Assembly: GCA_030390025.1 (NCBI GenBank)
Contig: CM059429.1
Coordinates: forward strand, 54,746,001-54,810,000
Direction: 5' to 3'
From: Squalus acanthias
Lineage: Eukaryota
Length of the DNA: 64,000 bases
Position 1 is the stretch's first letter. Every line of letters begins with the position of its first letter. Shown here in pieces: positions 35,334-48,973 of this stretch. The position numbers and the translations under genes are program-made. The notes below the pieces were generated by a model. That model saw only the letters and a list, made by a program, of their open reading frames with translations, did no database searches and was not told the origin of the DNA.

Positions 35334-35769
35334 GGGCAACACGGTGGCATAGTGGTTAGCACTGGTGCCTCACAGCGCCAGAGACCCGGGTTCGAATCTG
35401 ACCTCGGGTGACTGTCTGTGTGGAGTTTGCACATTCTCCCCGTGTCTGCGTGGGTTTCCTCCGGGTGCTCCGGTTTCCTCCCACAGTCCAAAATGTGTGG
35501 GTTAGGTTGATTTGGCTATGATAAATTGACCCTTAGTGTTAGGGGGGATTAAATATGTGGGGTTATGGGGATAGGATGGGATATGTTAGGGGGAATTAAA
35601 TACGTGGGGTTACGGGGGTAGGGTGGGATATGTGTACTGTGGGGATTAAAGCAGGGACAGGGTACTGGATTTGGATGATCAGCCATGATCGTATTGAATG
35701 GCGGAGCAGGCTCGACGGGCCGAATGGCCTACTCCTGCTCCTAGATTCTATGTTTCTATGTTTCTATGT
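35334..35769 (+). mobile_element. HE1-like V-SINE, full length
   Basis: nearly identical to 15018-15448; A/B boxes; (tttctatg)n tail. Confidence 0.92.
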
Positions 35770-36483
35770 ATAATCCAAAACCATCTTCCATTCCGACCTA
35801 TTATAATGATTCTTAATTCCAGATAATTGTATCTAAAAATTCATGTTAAGTGAATTAAAAAAAAATATAATAACATGTCCAAAGCCTAAATGTACACAAT
35901 GATATTCTATGTAACATGTTATTTGAATTCTCTTTTTTTCAGCAATCAGCTACAAGAGAAGTAGAAACCGTAACCTGGTATAGCATAAGCTGCATGGTAA
36001 AGCTCTCTCTTAACATGTCCTCAAGATGTGCTTTAATTCCAGGATTTAGGAGAGCATCTCTTATTCCGTCAATGTGATTTTCTCCATTTCCTATAACAAA
36101 GATCCTTAACGTCTTTCTGAGCGAGATTACCAAATTGTACTGAATTGTGAGTAGTTCTGTGTGACAGGCCCACATCCACTGGAAATTAGATTGATACTTT
36201 GAAAAATTCATTTCACATACAGCAGAGAGAGGAGGCTTTCAACCATCAATTTGAACTAGATTTTCTAACACACTGAATCACTCAGTCCCAATACTTTATT
36301 GTTTGTCAAGATATCATCGCTGCTCCTAATTTACCTTTTTCAATATTTGCTATATCTACCAAGTTTAATTTATAAATTTGTGTTTGTCAAGTCACAGGCT
36401 GGCTACTGTACAGCAAGGTTCATAATCTGTGATTGACAATTGTACAACTTTTGCAAGTGTGCTGTCAAAAACTAAAATATTCT

Positions 36484-36660
36484 GGGAGTGAAACTCAACT
36501 TCGGCGGGGTAGCAAAATGGGCAGTAACAGATGGGCTGCCCATTATACATGCTGCCCGATTTTCCTTCTGACTTCAGTGGAAAGGAAAATCGAGTGTATA
36601 GCGGACGGCTGGTCTGCGCCTGCCTGTTTTGTGCCTCTGCCGAAGTTGAATTTCACCTCC
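36484..36660. mobile_element. Harbinger-type MITE (177 bp)
   Basis: 22-bp imperfect TIRs GGGAGTGAAACTCAACTTCGGC; TCT TSD. Confidence 0.85.
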
Positions 36661-36859
36661 TCTGTTCTGTATTACAAAATTTGGTGATAAACGACATAGT
36701 ATAAGATCTAAATAGCAATTATAAATTACAAAAGAGGAACTGAAATTAAACAATGGAATTGTTTGTTAACTAATTAAACAAATTTCTTTCCATCTTCCAT
36801 TTCTTTATAAATATAGTCTCACACAGTCAGTAATGGATAATTTCAGGTGTTTGTCAAAA

Positions 36860-38723
36860 AAGATTGTTTGCGACCACAGGCAATACATCATGTAGGCCTC
36901 TGCTCGGTTTTGTGGCAGCAGTCATGATTCATTCGTCCTGCGCCAGTCTTCAGCGCCACCTTTATTCCAATCAGGCCATCAAGTCACAGGCTGGCTGCTG
37001 GGCAACAAGGACCATCCTCTTCAGACATGGCTCATGACTCCTGTCAGGAACCTGGGCACAGCTGCAGATTTGGTGTACATGAGAGCCATACTGCCACCAG
37101 AAACTTAATCGAGCAGACAGTCAGCATGCTCAAACAACGGCTTCCACTGCCTGGACCATTCGGGAGAAGCTTTGCAGTACATTCCTGACTGCGTATTCAG
37201 ATATGTGGTTGTCTGCTGTATGCTGTATATCTTTGCGATAATGAGGGACCAGCCGTTACTAACATCTGCGCTGCAAGAAGCGGAGGAGGAGGAAGAAGAG
37301 AAGCACAAATAGGAAGAACAGAAACAACATAAAACACCAGTGTATCTAGCTGTCAGAACTCTTAGAGAGCAGTTCATCCAAGAGCACTGAACATTAACTG
37401 CCCCTCTCATACCCAATGCACTAAACCTTTCACAATCCTCATCACCACCGTCCTTACTACTACCATCCAATTGCTTTCCTTCAGTCAATTCAGATGGCCG
37501 TGTTGGGCGACCTTGAACAGCTCTAGGCCATCAGGGCCTGGCTGACAGACTGTAGCATCTCAGTGTGGGCCGGGGCAGTCTGGCCCACCTAGCCGTTTGG
37601 CACTAACAAGTGCACTGGCAGAGTGGGCGGCTGAGGAGCACACATGCCATCACCCTGAGAGAGAACAGTAGGTGCCTCAGCTATGGAGCCAAGCCCACTG
37701 TCCTGGGACTGTGCCTCAGCACTCCTCCTGCTCTGCGAGAGAACAGAGTACAAGTGTCATGTGACACCCAGAGCCAAGATGTCAGGTGTCTGAGATTCCA
37801 TGACAGCAGTGTGAGCTGCCGTGGAAGCTGTCAGCAGAGGCTCCATCATCTTGGAGTCACTGCCTTGTTCATGGAGCTGACCACTTGCTCCATGTTGGAC
37901 AGAATGATCTCCATGCTCTGTGCAAAGCCCTGACACAAATTGGAGCTGCACTCCTCCATACTCTGAGCTATTGCACACAAGCTCACTGGCAGGCTGCCCA
38001 GTGCACCAAGCATTTCTTGGTGTGTGCATAATCAGCTTTCTTTGGTAGCCTGGGCCCTTGAAGTCTGTACCTGAGTCCTCTGCAGCGGAACTAGTATGTG
38101 ATATCGCCCTCGGGAGAGCTGGCACCTGTGGTGTCCTGTCCCACTGCCTTAGCTCCTGGGCACTTGTGGCTGGTGATTCATCACATGAAGACCCTCCTCT
38201 AGCCTACTTTCTAAAGTGTGCATGGTGCCAGTCTCTGAGCTGGTGCTTGCTAGGGTCAGATCGAGTGACGCTGCATCTGCAGGAAGGCTGGCCACCTCTT
38301 ACAGAAGTGGCAAATGAGCATCCACTTTCTCAGAACCTGAAATGAAAGAGAGGGACAGGGGTTGGCTTTTAGTGTGAAGGGAGATCAGAGAGAGGCTGAG
38401 TGTGTAGGGTGAGATAGAAGTCAGAAGGGAAAAAGAGGATAAGGTGTGAAGAAACCCTGCACAACGTCTTCTCCAGGGTTGACATTCGCCGCGGCCATGA
38501 CTCTACCCCTGCCCGTGATGGCCACCATGTCTTCTTCCACAGGGGAGAGAATGTGTAGCCGGGCTCAGACTCCTGTGGTCACGGCCTCCTGCCACAGGTT
38601 GCACGCTTCCTTCCCCTGTAAGAAAGAAGGGAGTGCATTAGTGACATCCTTGTGAGGTGTTTAGAGAATGTGCCTATCATGGTGGAATAGCTTGTATGTA
38701 GTGTGTGAGGTGTGGGGAAGTTA
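36860..38723 (+). pseudogene. decayed Harbinger (transposase C-terminus on +, Myb exons on -); probably resumes at ~42240-42420
   Basis: ATRNLIEQTVSMLKQRLPLPGP-like remnant homologous to 5800-5960; Myb exon-3-like sequence 37490-38340 with acceptor at ~38340. Confidence 0.75.
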
Positions 38724-39569
38724 AGTGATCCCACAACCAACGGATCAGATCAAAGCTCTGCAGTCCTGCCACATCCAGTCGTGAATGGTGGTGGACAATT
38801 AAACAACTAACGGGAGGAGGGGGAGGCTTCATGAACATTCCCATCCTCAATGATGGCTGAGCCCAGCATGTGAGTGCAAAAGATAAGGCTGGAGCATTTG
38901 CAGCCATCTTCATCCAGAAGTGCCAAGTGGATGATCCATATTGGCCTCCTCCTGAGGTCCCCACCATCACAGAAGCCAGTCTTCAGCCAATTCGATTCAC
39001 TCCACGTGATATCAAGAAATGGCTGAGCACACGGGATACAGCAAAGGCTATGGGCCCCGACAACATCCCGGCTGTCATCCTGAAGACATCTGCTGCAGAA
39101 CTAGCCACGCCTCTAGCCAGGCTGTTCCAGTACAGCTGCAACATTGGTATCTACCCAACAAAGTGGAAAACTGCCCAGGTATGTCTTGTCCACAAACAGC
39201 AGGACAAATCCAATCCGGCCAATTACCGCCCCATTCGTCTACTCTCAATCAGCAGCTAGGTGATGGAAGGTGTTGTCGACAGTGCTGTCAAGCGACACTT
39301 ATCAATAACCTGCTCACCGATGCTCAGTTTGGGTTCCGCCAGGACTGCACGGCTCCCCGACCTTATTACAGCCTTGGTCCAAACATGGACAAAAGAGCTG
39401 AATTCCGGAGGTGAGATGAGAATGACTGCCCTTGATATCAAGGCAGCATTTAACCGAGTGTGGCATCAAGGAATGCTGGGAAAATTGAAGTCAATGGAAA
39501 TCAGGGGGAAAACTCTCCACTGGCTGGAGTCATACCTATCACAAGGGAAGATAAAGGGAAAAAAAAGTT

Positions 39570-40035
39570 AGAGTGGCATTTTTTTCGCACCTTTCACTAC
39601 CTGATTACGTCCCAAAGCGCTTTGTAGCCAATGAAGTACTTTTTGAAGTGTAGTCACTGTTGTAATGTAGGAAATGGCGGCAACCAATTTGCACACAGCA
39701 AGCTCCCACAAACAGCAAAGTGATAATTACCAGATAATTTTTTTTTTAGTGATGTTGATTGAGGGATAAATATTGGCCAGGATACCGAGGACAGCTCCAC
39801 TGCTCTTCTTCGAATTAGTGCCATAGGACCTTTTACGTCCACCTGAGATAGCAGTCGGGGCCTTGGTTTAACGTCTCATCTGAAAGACAGCACCTCTGAC
39901 AGCGCAACACTCCCTCAGTGCTGCACTGGAGTGTCAGCCTAGATTTTTCTGCTCAAGTCTCTAGAGTGGGACTTGAATCCACAAACTTCTAGACTCAGAG
40001 GCGAGAGTGCTACCAACGAAGCCACGGCTGACACC
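39570..40035 (-). mobile_element. SacSINE1-like Deu-domain SINE
   Basis: tRNA-like head at ~40032 and Deu core (ggtttaacgtctcatctgaaagacagcacctc; ttgagggataaatattggccagga) in reverse. Confidence 0.8.
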
Positions 40036-40676
40036 ATGATGGTTGTGATTGTTGGAGACCAATCATCTCAGCCCTAGGACACCACTGCAGGAGTTCTTCA
40101 GGGCAGTGTCCTAGGCACAACCATCTTCATCAATGACCTTCCCTCCATCATAAGGTCACAAGTGGGGACGTTCGCTGATGATTGCACAGTGTTCAGTTCC
40201 ATTTGCAACTTCTCAGATAATGAAGCAGTCCGTGCCCGTATGCAGGAAGACCTGGCCAAGATTCAGGCTTGGGCTGATAAGTGGTAAGTAACATTCGTGC
40301 CACACAAGTGCCAGGCAATTACCACCTCCCCTTGACATTCAATGGCATTACCAGTGTTGAATCCCCCACCATCAACATCTTGGGGGTCACCATTGACCAG
40401 AAACTTAACTGGACCAACCACATAAATAATGTGGCTACAAGAGTAGGTCAGAAGCTGGGTATTCTGCGGCGAGTGACTCACCTTCTGACTCCTCAAAGCC
40501 TTTCCATCATCTACAAGGCACAAGTTAGGAGTGTGCTGGAATACTCTCCACTTGCCTGGATAAGTGCAGCTCCAACAACACTCAAGAAGCTCGACATCAT
40601 CCAGGACAAAGCAGCCCATTGATTGGCACCCCATTCACCACCTCCACCACCAGCGCACCGTATCTGCAGTGTTTAC

Positions 40677-41887
40677 TACAACAGCAACTTATATTTATAT
40701 AGTGCCTTTAACATTCCAAGGCGGAGTATTTTCAAAACAAAAAAAATTTGACACTGAGCCACATAAGATGCTGTTAGGGCAGATGACCAAAAGCTTGGTT
40801 GAAGAGGTAGGTTTTAAGGAGCATCTTAAAGGCGGAAAGAGAAGTGGAGAGGTGGAGAGATTTAGGGAGGGAATTCCAGAGCTTAGGAGCTAGGCAGCTG
40901 AAGGCACGACCGCCAGTGGTGGAGCATTTAAAATCAGGGATGTTCAAAAGGCCAGAATAGGCGGAGCGCAGAGGTCATGGGGGATTATAGGACTGGAGGA
41001 GATTACAGAGATAAGGAGGGGTGAGGCCATGGAGGGATTTTAAAATCAAGGCGTGAGAATGAGAATTTTAAAATCAAGGCGTTACTTAACTGGGAGCCAA
41101 TGTAGGTCAGCAAGCACAGGGGAGATGGGTGAGCGGGACTTGGTGCAAGTTAGCACATGGGCGGCAGAGTTTTGGATGACCTCAAGTTTACGGAGGGTAG
41201 AACTAGGGAGGCCGGCCAGGGGTGCATTGGAATATTCAAGTCTAGAGGTGATAAAGGTATGGATGAGGGTTTCAGCAGCAGATAAGTTGAGGCAGGGGCA
41301 GAGATGGGCGATACTACGAAGGTGAAAAGTGGCAATCTTGGTGGCAGAACAGATATGAGGTAGGAAGCTCAATTCGTGATCAAATATGACACCAAGGTTG
41401 CGAACAGACTTGTTCAGCTGTAGACAGTTGCCAGAGAGAGAGATCGAATCAGTGGAAAGGGAACAGAATTTGTGGCGTGAACCGAAAACAATGGCTTTGG
41501 TCTTCCTGATACTTAATTGGAGGAAGTTTCTGCTCACCCAGTGTTGAATGTTGGACAGGCAGTCTGATAGTATAGAGATGGTGGAGGGTCCGAGAGAGGT
41601 GGAGGAGAGGTAGAGCTGGGTGTACATGTGAAAACTCATGTTGTGTTGCCGGATGATGTCACCGAGGGGGCAGCATGTAGATGAGAAATAGGAGGGGGCC
41701 AAGAATAGATCCTTGGGGTACACCAGAGGTGACAGTGTGGGATCGGGAAGAGAAGCCAATGCAGGTGATTCTATGGTTATGGCTGGAAAAATAGGAATGA
41801 AACCAGGTGAGTGCAATCCCATCCAGCTGAACGATGGTGTAGAAGCGTTGGAGCAGAATTTTGCGGTCAACCGTGTCAAAAGTTTCT
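40677..41887 (-). mobile_element. L2 LINE RT C-terminus and 3'UTR
   Basis: FDTVD, GVPQGSILGPLLF, VRNLGVIFD, SRLEYSN, LHWLPV. Confidence 0.9.
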
Positions 41888-42632
41888 ACAAGATGCACTG
41901 CAGCGACTCGCCAAGGCTTCTCCAACAGCACCTCTCAAACCCACGACCTCTGCCACCGAGAAGGACAAGAGCAGGAAGCGCCTGGGAACACCACCACCTC
42001 CAAGTTCCCCTCCAAGTCACACATCATCCTGACTTGGAAATATATCGGCCGTTCCTTCATCGTCACTGGGTCAAAATCCCTGAACTCCCTCCCTAACAGC
42101 ACTGTGGGAGTACCTTCACCGCATGAACTGCAGCGGTTCAAGAAGACGGCTCACCGCCACCTTCTCAAGGGCAATTTGGGTTTGGCAATAAATGCTGACC
42201 TTGCCAGCGACGCCCACATCCTGTGAGTGAATATAAAAAAAAGTGAGGGTTGCAATAGTGGTGGGAGTAGGAGGTGCAGAATGTGTGAGCAGAAGGAGGT
42301 GCAGTGATTGTAAGAGAGTGAAGGGAAGTTGGGAGGGGAGCATTGTGAGTAGTAAGGCTGCATCTGGTATAATATTGCACGTGAGCTGCCCACCTTGTTC
42401 ACCTGAGTACCCTGAAAGGTGATAAATACCATATTGTCTGACTTTTACATTCAGGTTAAAACTAATAGATTTATTTCTAAGTAAGATAATACATAGAAGC
42501 AGAAAGACACAGCAATCTACTGATGGTACAAAAACAATAACCATAGTCCAAAAGTGGTTAAAATATCCTTTTTAAAACATCCTTACACAGTCGGATGTTC
42601 TGCAAGACTTGTGGATGAAGCAGACTTTCATT

Positions 42633-42766
42633 GGGATAGATTTTGAACTCACTGCCCGGACGTAAAACTGCGGTGGTGGATCCGTCAGCCACTATCGAAA
42701 CAGCTCGTTTTCATTTCCATCCGAAATGCCTGTTTTATGCTTGATGGTAAGTTGAAAATCTACCCT
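42633..42766. mobile_element. short MITE
   Basis: GGGATAGATTTTGAAC / GTTGAAAATCTACCC inverted ends. Confidence 0.6.
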
Positions 42767-42909
42767 GTAGACTTCCCAATGCAATACCATGGTGATGTGA
42801 TTCATAACTTAATTTCAATGAATTCAACTTCACAACTGAACTGAACTTGAGAAGTCTTTATACCAAAAGAAGTTTTTTGTGTTGCAGGTGTTAATGTTAT
42901 GACATTTAA

Positions 42910-43940
42910 GGGTGTTATTTTGGCCAAAGGGTGAAAACAGACACTGCATGGGTGCAGTGCTAATAAAACTAGCCTGTTTGAAAGCCTGGAGTAGCACATC
43001 ATTTTGGTCCTAATTGCTGATTACCATAATTTGAACTTGCCTGGAGGTGCTAAACCAGAAACCTGCAGGTTTAGCACTCAAGCGCTAATTAGACACAATT
43101 TTTGTGGAGCAGTACATGTGGGCTCCTCGCACCCACTTCAACTGAAGGCGTGGAGTGTTCTGGCTGGTACACAGCGACACATTGCAGGATAGCTCAGGAA
43201 CCGAGGGAGAGGGTGCAGCGGTTCTTGGATGCGGCACTAGAGGTCCTGGTGGAGGAGGTGCAGAGGAGGAGGGTTGTTCTGTGCCTGCAGTGGGGAAGGA
43301 CGTCACCTCACCATCCTCGGCCCCCTGTCCCCCCTCTCCTGCAGCAGCTGGTGCTGCTCTGCCTGGCCTCATGTCCTCCCATTCCTCATCCAGACCAAGG
43401 GGACCCCTAGCAAGATGCCCATGACCAAGCACTCCCTTTCTCTTGATGACTTCTATAAAGGTGGAGTAGCACAGCACTTACTCTTTTTAGGTGAAGTCCT
43501 CAGAGAATTTCCAGAATAAATGTTGCTCGAGTGTTGAAGTCTTGACAAAGTGTACCAGAACGTCTCCAGATGTGTTTCAGAGGACCTCTTCACAGCTCCA
43601 GCAGCAATGAACATGAAATGGTGAGTATCCCTTTAAGTAGCGCTTAAAATCGACATCAACACCATGTTTACTCCCAAACAGCTGGTCACTGTTAGGAGAG
43701 GGCGTTAGTTGAAGCACTAGCCACCAAAATGCCTTGCAGTCTCTTTCATGAGCACTAGCAGACATTTTCAGTGGCAATCAGCTGTTTAACGAGTCTCCGG
43801 GTGGCTGTTCCTAGCGCTGGTTTCAACTCCTTTACCAAAATGGTGTCTTGCGCTAAATGCGGGTTAAACCGGCTTAGGACCCCATCTTGGCCGCCTCGGA
43901 GGCTCTTCAGCGCCTAATGTATTCGGTGAAAATTGCCCCC
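42910..43940 (+). mobile_element. internally deleted Harbinger derivative with Myb exon-1 remnant
   Basis: TAA TSD; GGGTGTTATTTT/AAAATTGCCCCC ends; RERVQRFLDAALEVLVEEVQRRR resembles Myb N-terminus at 8442. Confidence 0.75.
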
Positions 43941-44036
43941 TAATTATATTCCTCCCAAACATGTCCCTTGATGTCAGCCATTGGAGATAACAAATTATTG
44001 TCCCTTGTGGACAGGTTTCTGGCCAAATGGATTACA

Positions 44037-46150
44037 CTAAAACTACTGATAAGGGTGGTGCTGTTGTTGTTTGGCGAACCGACCTCTACCGTGCGGAAGC
44101 TGAACGCCAACTCTCTGACACCTCCTCCTACCTCCGCCTGGACCATGACCCCACTAGCAAACATCAGGCCATTGTTTCCAAGACTGTCACTGACCTCATC
44201 TCCTCTGGAGATCTTCCCTCCATGGCCGCCAACCTCATAGTCCCCCAACCCCGCACAGCCCGTTGTACCTCCTTCCCAAGATCCACAAACAGGACTGCCC
44301 TGGTAGACCCATTGTTTCAGCCTGTTCTTGCCCCACTGAACTTATCTCTTCCTATCTCGACTCTATTTTTCCTCCCCTTGTCCAGTCTCTTCCCACCTAC
44401 ATCCGTGACTCTTCTGACGCCCTCCGACACTTTAACAGTTTCCAGTTTCCTGGCTCCAACCGTCTCCTTTTCACTATGGACGTCCAATCCCTCTACACCT
44501 CCATCCCCCACCAGGACGGCCTGAGGGCGCTCCGTTTCTTCCTTGAACAGAGGCCCAACCAGTCCCCATCCACCACCACCCTCCTCCGCCTGGCTGAACT
44601 TGTTCTCACATTGAACAACTTCTCCTCTGACTCCAGTCACTTCCTCCAAATTAAAGGTGTTGCTATGGGAACCCGCATGGGCCCTAGCTATGCCTGCCTG
44701 TTCATGGGATATGTGGAACATTCTTTGTTCCAGTCCTACTCAGGTCCCCTCCCTCACCTCTTTTTCCGGTACATCGATGACTGTATCGGTGCCGTTTCCT
44801 GCTCTCGACCTGAACTAGATAAGTTCATTCACTTTACTTCCAATTTCCACCCTTCCCTCACCTTCACATGGTCCATCTCCGACTCTTCCCTTCCCTTCCC
44901 TTCCTTGACTTCTCCATCTCCATTTCTGGCGATCGGCTTTCGACAAACATCCACTACAAGCCCACTGACTCCCACAGCTACCTGGACTACACTTCCTCCC
45001 ACCCCGCTTCCTGTAAGGACTCTATTCCATTCTCCCAGTTTCTTCGTCTCCGCCGCGTCTGTTCTGACGATGCCACCTTCCATACCAGTGCTTCCGACAT
45101 GTCTTCCTTTTTCCTCAACCAAGGATTCCCCTCTACCGTAGTTGACATGGCCCTTGACCGTGTCCGTTTCATTTCCCGCACTTCTGCTCTAACCCCTTCC
45201 CCTCCCTCCCAGAACCATGATAGGGTTCCCCTTGTCCTCACCTTTCATCCCACCAGCCTCCACATTCAACGGATAATCCTCCGCCATTTCCGCCACCTCC
45301 AACGTGATCCCACCACCAAACACATCTTCCCCTCACCTCCCCTTTCAGCATTCCAAAGGGACCGCTCCCTCCGCGACACCCTGGTCCACTCCTCAATCAC
45401 CCCTAACAGCCCTTCTCCTTCGCCTAGCACCTTCCTGTGCAAGCGCAGGAGATGCAACACCTGCCCTTTTACTTCCTCCCTTCCCACTGTCCAGGGCCCC
45501 AAACACCCCTTCCAGGTGAAACAGCGATTTACTTGTACTTCTTGCAATTTAATATACTGTATTCGCTGCTCACAATGCGGTCTCCTCTACATTGGGGAGA
45601 CCAAACGCAGATTGGGTGACCGCTTTGCGGAACACCTCCGTTCAGTCCGTAAGGGTGACCCTGAGCTTCCGGTCGCCTGTCACTTTAATTCTCCGCTTCA
45701 CTCCCACTCTGATCTCTCTGTCCTTGGCCTATTACATTGTTCCAATGAAGCTCAACGTAAGCTCGAGGAACAGCACCTCATCTTCCGATTAGGCACTTTA
45801 CAGCCTTCCGGACTCAACATCGAGTTCAACAATTTCAGACAATAATCCCTGCCCCCATTTTTCATGCTGTATGATTTTGCCATTCCCATTTGCAACATTT
45901 TATCTTTCCTGCCTCTTACATAAGCACAGTATGTTCTTTCAATTCCTTCCTCCCCTCCTAACCCCCCCCCCCCGCTGTCTCTGCACCTGCTTAATATCTG
46001 TTACATCTTCAGCTTTTTCCAGTTCTGATGAAGGGTCCCAGACCTGAAACGTTAACTCTGTTTCTCTCTCCACGGATGCTGCCTGGCCTGCTGAGTATTT
46101 CCAGCATTTTCTGTTGTTATTTCAGATTTCCAGCATCCGTAGTATTTTGC
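44037..46150 (+). mobile_element. Penelope-like retroelement (RT + GIY-YIG endonuclease), 5'-truncated, two frameshifts
   Basis: DKGGAVVVW, YLLPKIHK, GRPIVS, GVAMGT, FRYIDD, NLIYCIRCSQCGLLYIGETKRRL. Confidence 0.95.
46021..46057 (+). ncRNA. minimal type I hammerhead ribozyme in Penelope terminal repeat
   Basis: AGTT-CTGATGA-agGGTC-cca-GACCt-GAAA-CGTT-AACT: complete core, stems I and II, palindromic stem III. Confidence 0.75.
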
Positions 46151-46391
46151 TATTGGACTACAATAAAGCCCTGAAATGCCTGGAGCCCTGTTCCTCTGCC
46201 ACAAGTGGTTGCCAATTTGGCCTGGCATTGAACCCATCCCAAATAGCAAGGACAGGGTTATTTACATAAAGGAGGCAGGTGACTGTGCAATTTACAGCAC
46301 TTTCTGGGAGACCACTCTACTATGGGGGCATAGGGGGTGGGGGCCAGGAATATTGAAGTAGAGCCTTGCTATTCTATCAGGAAGGGGTAAG

Positions 46392-46774
46392 TTGAAACTT
46401 ATAAAATTCTAACAGGACTAGACAGACTAGATGCAGGAAGGATGTTCCCGATGGTGGGGGAGTCCAGAACCAGGGGTTACAGTCTAAGGATAAGAGGTAA
46501 GCCATTTAGGACTGAGATGAGGAGGAATTTCTTCACCCAGAGAGTGGTGAACCTGTGGAATTCTCTACCACAGAAGGCAGTTGAGGCCAATTCATTAAAT
46601 ATATTCAAGAAGGAGTTAGATATATTTCTTAAGGCTAAAGGGATCAAGGGATATGGGGAGAAAGCAGGGACAGGGTACTGAATTTGGATGATCAGCCATG
46701 ATCTCATTAAATGGCGGAACAGGCTCGAGGGGCCAAATGGCCTACTCCTGCTCCTATCTTCTATGTTTCTATGT
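46392..46774 (+). mobile_element. CR1 (HER1-like) 3' fragment
   Basis: MFPMVGESRTRG...KGYGEKAGTGY; tail matches the HE1 SINE tail. Confidence 0.9.
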
Positions 46775-47164
46775 CGCAATTTATTTCCTAAAAGACATTG
46801 TTTTCACTGTTGCTGCTTTTGGAGAAGTGGCAGCGATGCACCTTTTACTGTTGTCCACTTGACTCACTTAGAGAGCCTTATTAATGTCCATACTAAAAGC
46901 ATCATTAGGCTCCCACTTACGTACTCCTGTATCATGCAGGCATACTTTCTCCTGGCCACGGAAATGTGAAACTAGCAGGATTTTTGACACTGAATATTAT
47001 CCAGCAGACCCAACTGTCAATGATGTCATGACTAAAAGGGACAGGTGCAAGAAGTGCTGTCACTCCTGTTGGAATTTCACAGCATAAAAAAGGGTGAAGT
47101 GCCAATGGAACCGGATCCTGCGCCAAATTCTGGTACCCCTGCCTCACTTGTATCCTTGTTCTGC

Positions 47165-48645
47165 CTTTCCAGGCCCAGGAGTTTCAGGGCTATGATTATT
47201 AAAGGAGTGAACAATGAAATTTATCACAATCTGACAGACCTCTTTCGGGATTCATTGAAAAGAGAAATGTCCAAGGATTGGAGAAGAGCAAACCTAACAT
47301 TAAATTCTAAAAAAGGGGCTGAGAGATAACCCTGGAAATTGCAGGCCAGTGAGCATGACATCTGTAGTAGGTAAAACATTAGAAGGTATTTTGAAGGAGG
47401 GAACAATGAAGCGCCAAGAGAAATATGAATAACAAAGAAGTCAGCATAGCTTTATGATAGTGGGGTCTTGTCCAATAAATCTGTTGTACTTCTTTGAGGA
47501 GAAAGTGAACCTAATGTATAATGGGAGTTCAGTGGTTGTTATTAAATTTTTGCAAAACTTTTCACACGGTTGCCACATGGGAGAATGTCCACAGGTCAGA
47601 AAGCATGGAATGGCGTGAAGCTTCAGGAGTGCATCAGAAATTGGTTGAGTTAGAGGAAGCAAAATTGAACATGGAGCCATCTGAGAATAGAGAAAAATGG
47701 TCTTGGAAGTGGGGGTAGAAACAGAACTGCCTATGTTTGCTGAAAATTTACAAAATTCTAGGGTGGATGGGGGGTGGGTGCGCGGCGGGGGTTGGTTGCT
47801 GCAAATAACAAAGAATATGCAGAGAAAATTGAGGGATTTGGATAGATTGGGCATTGTTGGAGCAGATGTTTAACATGGCCAAATGCAAGGTGATGGAACA
47901 GACCAAGTGAATAAACCGTGTGAATATGAGATGAATAACAGACTATAGGGCATAACGCATGAGCAGGATCTAGGGAAACTGGTGGATAACTTGTTGGAGC
48001 CATTAGCACAGTGGTAAAGAAAGCATACAAGATTTTGAGGTGTAAGGATAAATTGACACAACTTAAGACACACAGTGCAATAATGAGCTTGTATAATGCA
48101 CTGATTGGGCCTCACCTGCAGTACTGTGTACAGCCCTTGTCACCATACTACAAATGAGACATCCTGGCTTTGGAGAGTATACAGAGGAGGGCAACTAAAG
48201 TAATTACAGAAATTAGGCATCTGCACTATGAGGGGTGCTAAGGAAGGTTGATGTCTTTACACTGGAGAAAAGAAGTCTTGAGGGAGATCTTACTGAGGTT
48301 TTCAAGATTCTAAGGGGGATAGATAAACTGAACCGTAATCAATTGTTTGATGTAACCACAAATTTTGTAATCAGTGACATGGACTTGAGCTCAGAATAGG
48401 GAAGATGAGCAGAGAGTTTTGATTTAACTATTTCATGCAGAAGTTGGTGAAGTATTAAATAGACTTCTGAGGGCGACCGTGAAGGCAGATACTGTCAGCA
48501 GATTCAAGCTGGGTAGTTCTTTGGTGAAGTGATTGAATGGTACAATATATTGGAGTAGGGTATGATATTTTTTAAACTTTGGGAATAGCTCGTAGCTAGT
48601 TGGACAGCAATTGTATTTTCTAATTCTGTACATTTCTATGTTCCT
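47165..48645 (+). mobile_element. highly decayed CR1
   Basis: residual RT motifs (cagtactgtgtacag, gagggagatctt). Confidence 0.65.
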
Positions 48646-48901
48646 ACATAGATGTTGTTATGCTAAGTTACATAGACAGTTTTTAATTAACTATTTGAGG
48701 ATGTCTTTATCTATTCATTGGTGGTTGTTAACAAATGTTAGTTTATTGTTTGATTTTCTGTCATGTGTGGTTGAAGGGAAATTACTGCTTTTAGCTCAAA
48801 AATTCAGCATGATCAGGGATGCTTGTACAAAGAATGAAAGTAGTCTGGTGAAAACAGTTCACGATGACTCTTGTCTTGGGGTAAAAATAATTCTATTATA
48901 T

Positions 48902-48973
48902 AGGGTAGATATTCTGCGTCCTCACTCATAGCCTGATACTTTTCCGCTGGCAGGGATTTGGAAAATCTACCCT
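48902..48973. mobile_element. very short MITE
   Basis: AGGGTAGAT / ATCTACCCT inverted ends. Confidence 0.5.

Larger units (their letters stand above)
38724..42235 (+). mobile_element. CR1/L2-group LINE RT and 3' end (pieces 38724-39570, 40036-40676, 41888-42235)
   Basis: KAMGPDNIP, ANYRPI, ALDIKAAF, FADD, YKAQVRSVLEY; split by a SINE and an L2. Confidence 0.85.

Noticed and set aside
35939-36211. 90-aa - strand ORF as a gene or exon
   Set aside because: No recognisable homology, weak splice signals, no partner exons found
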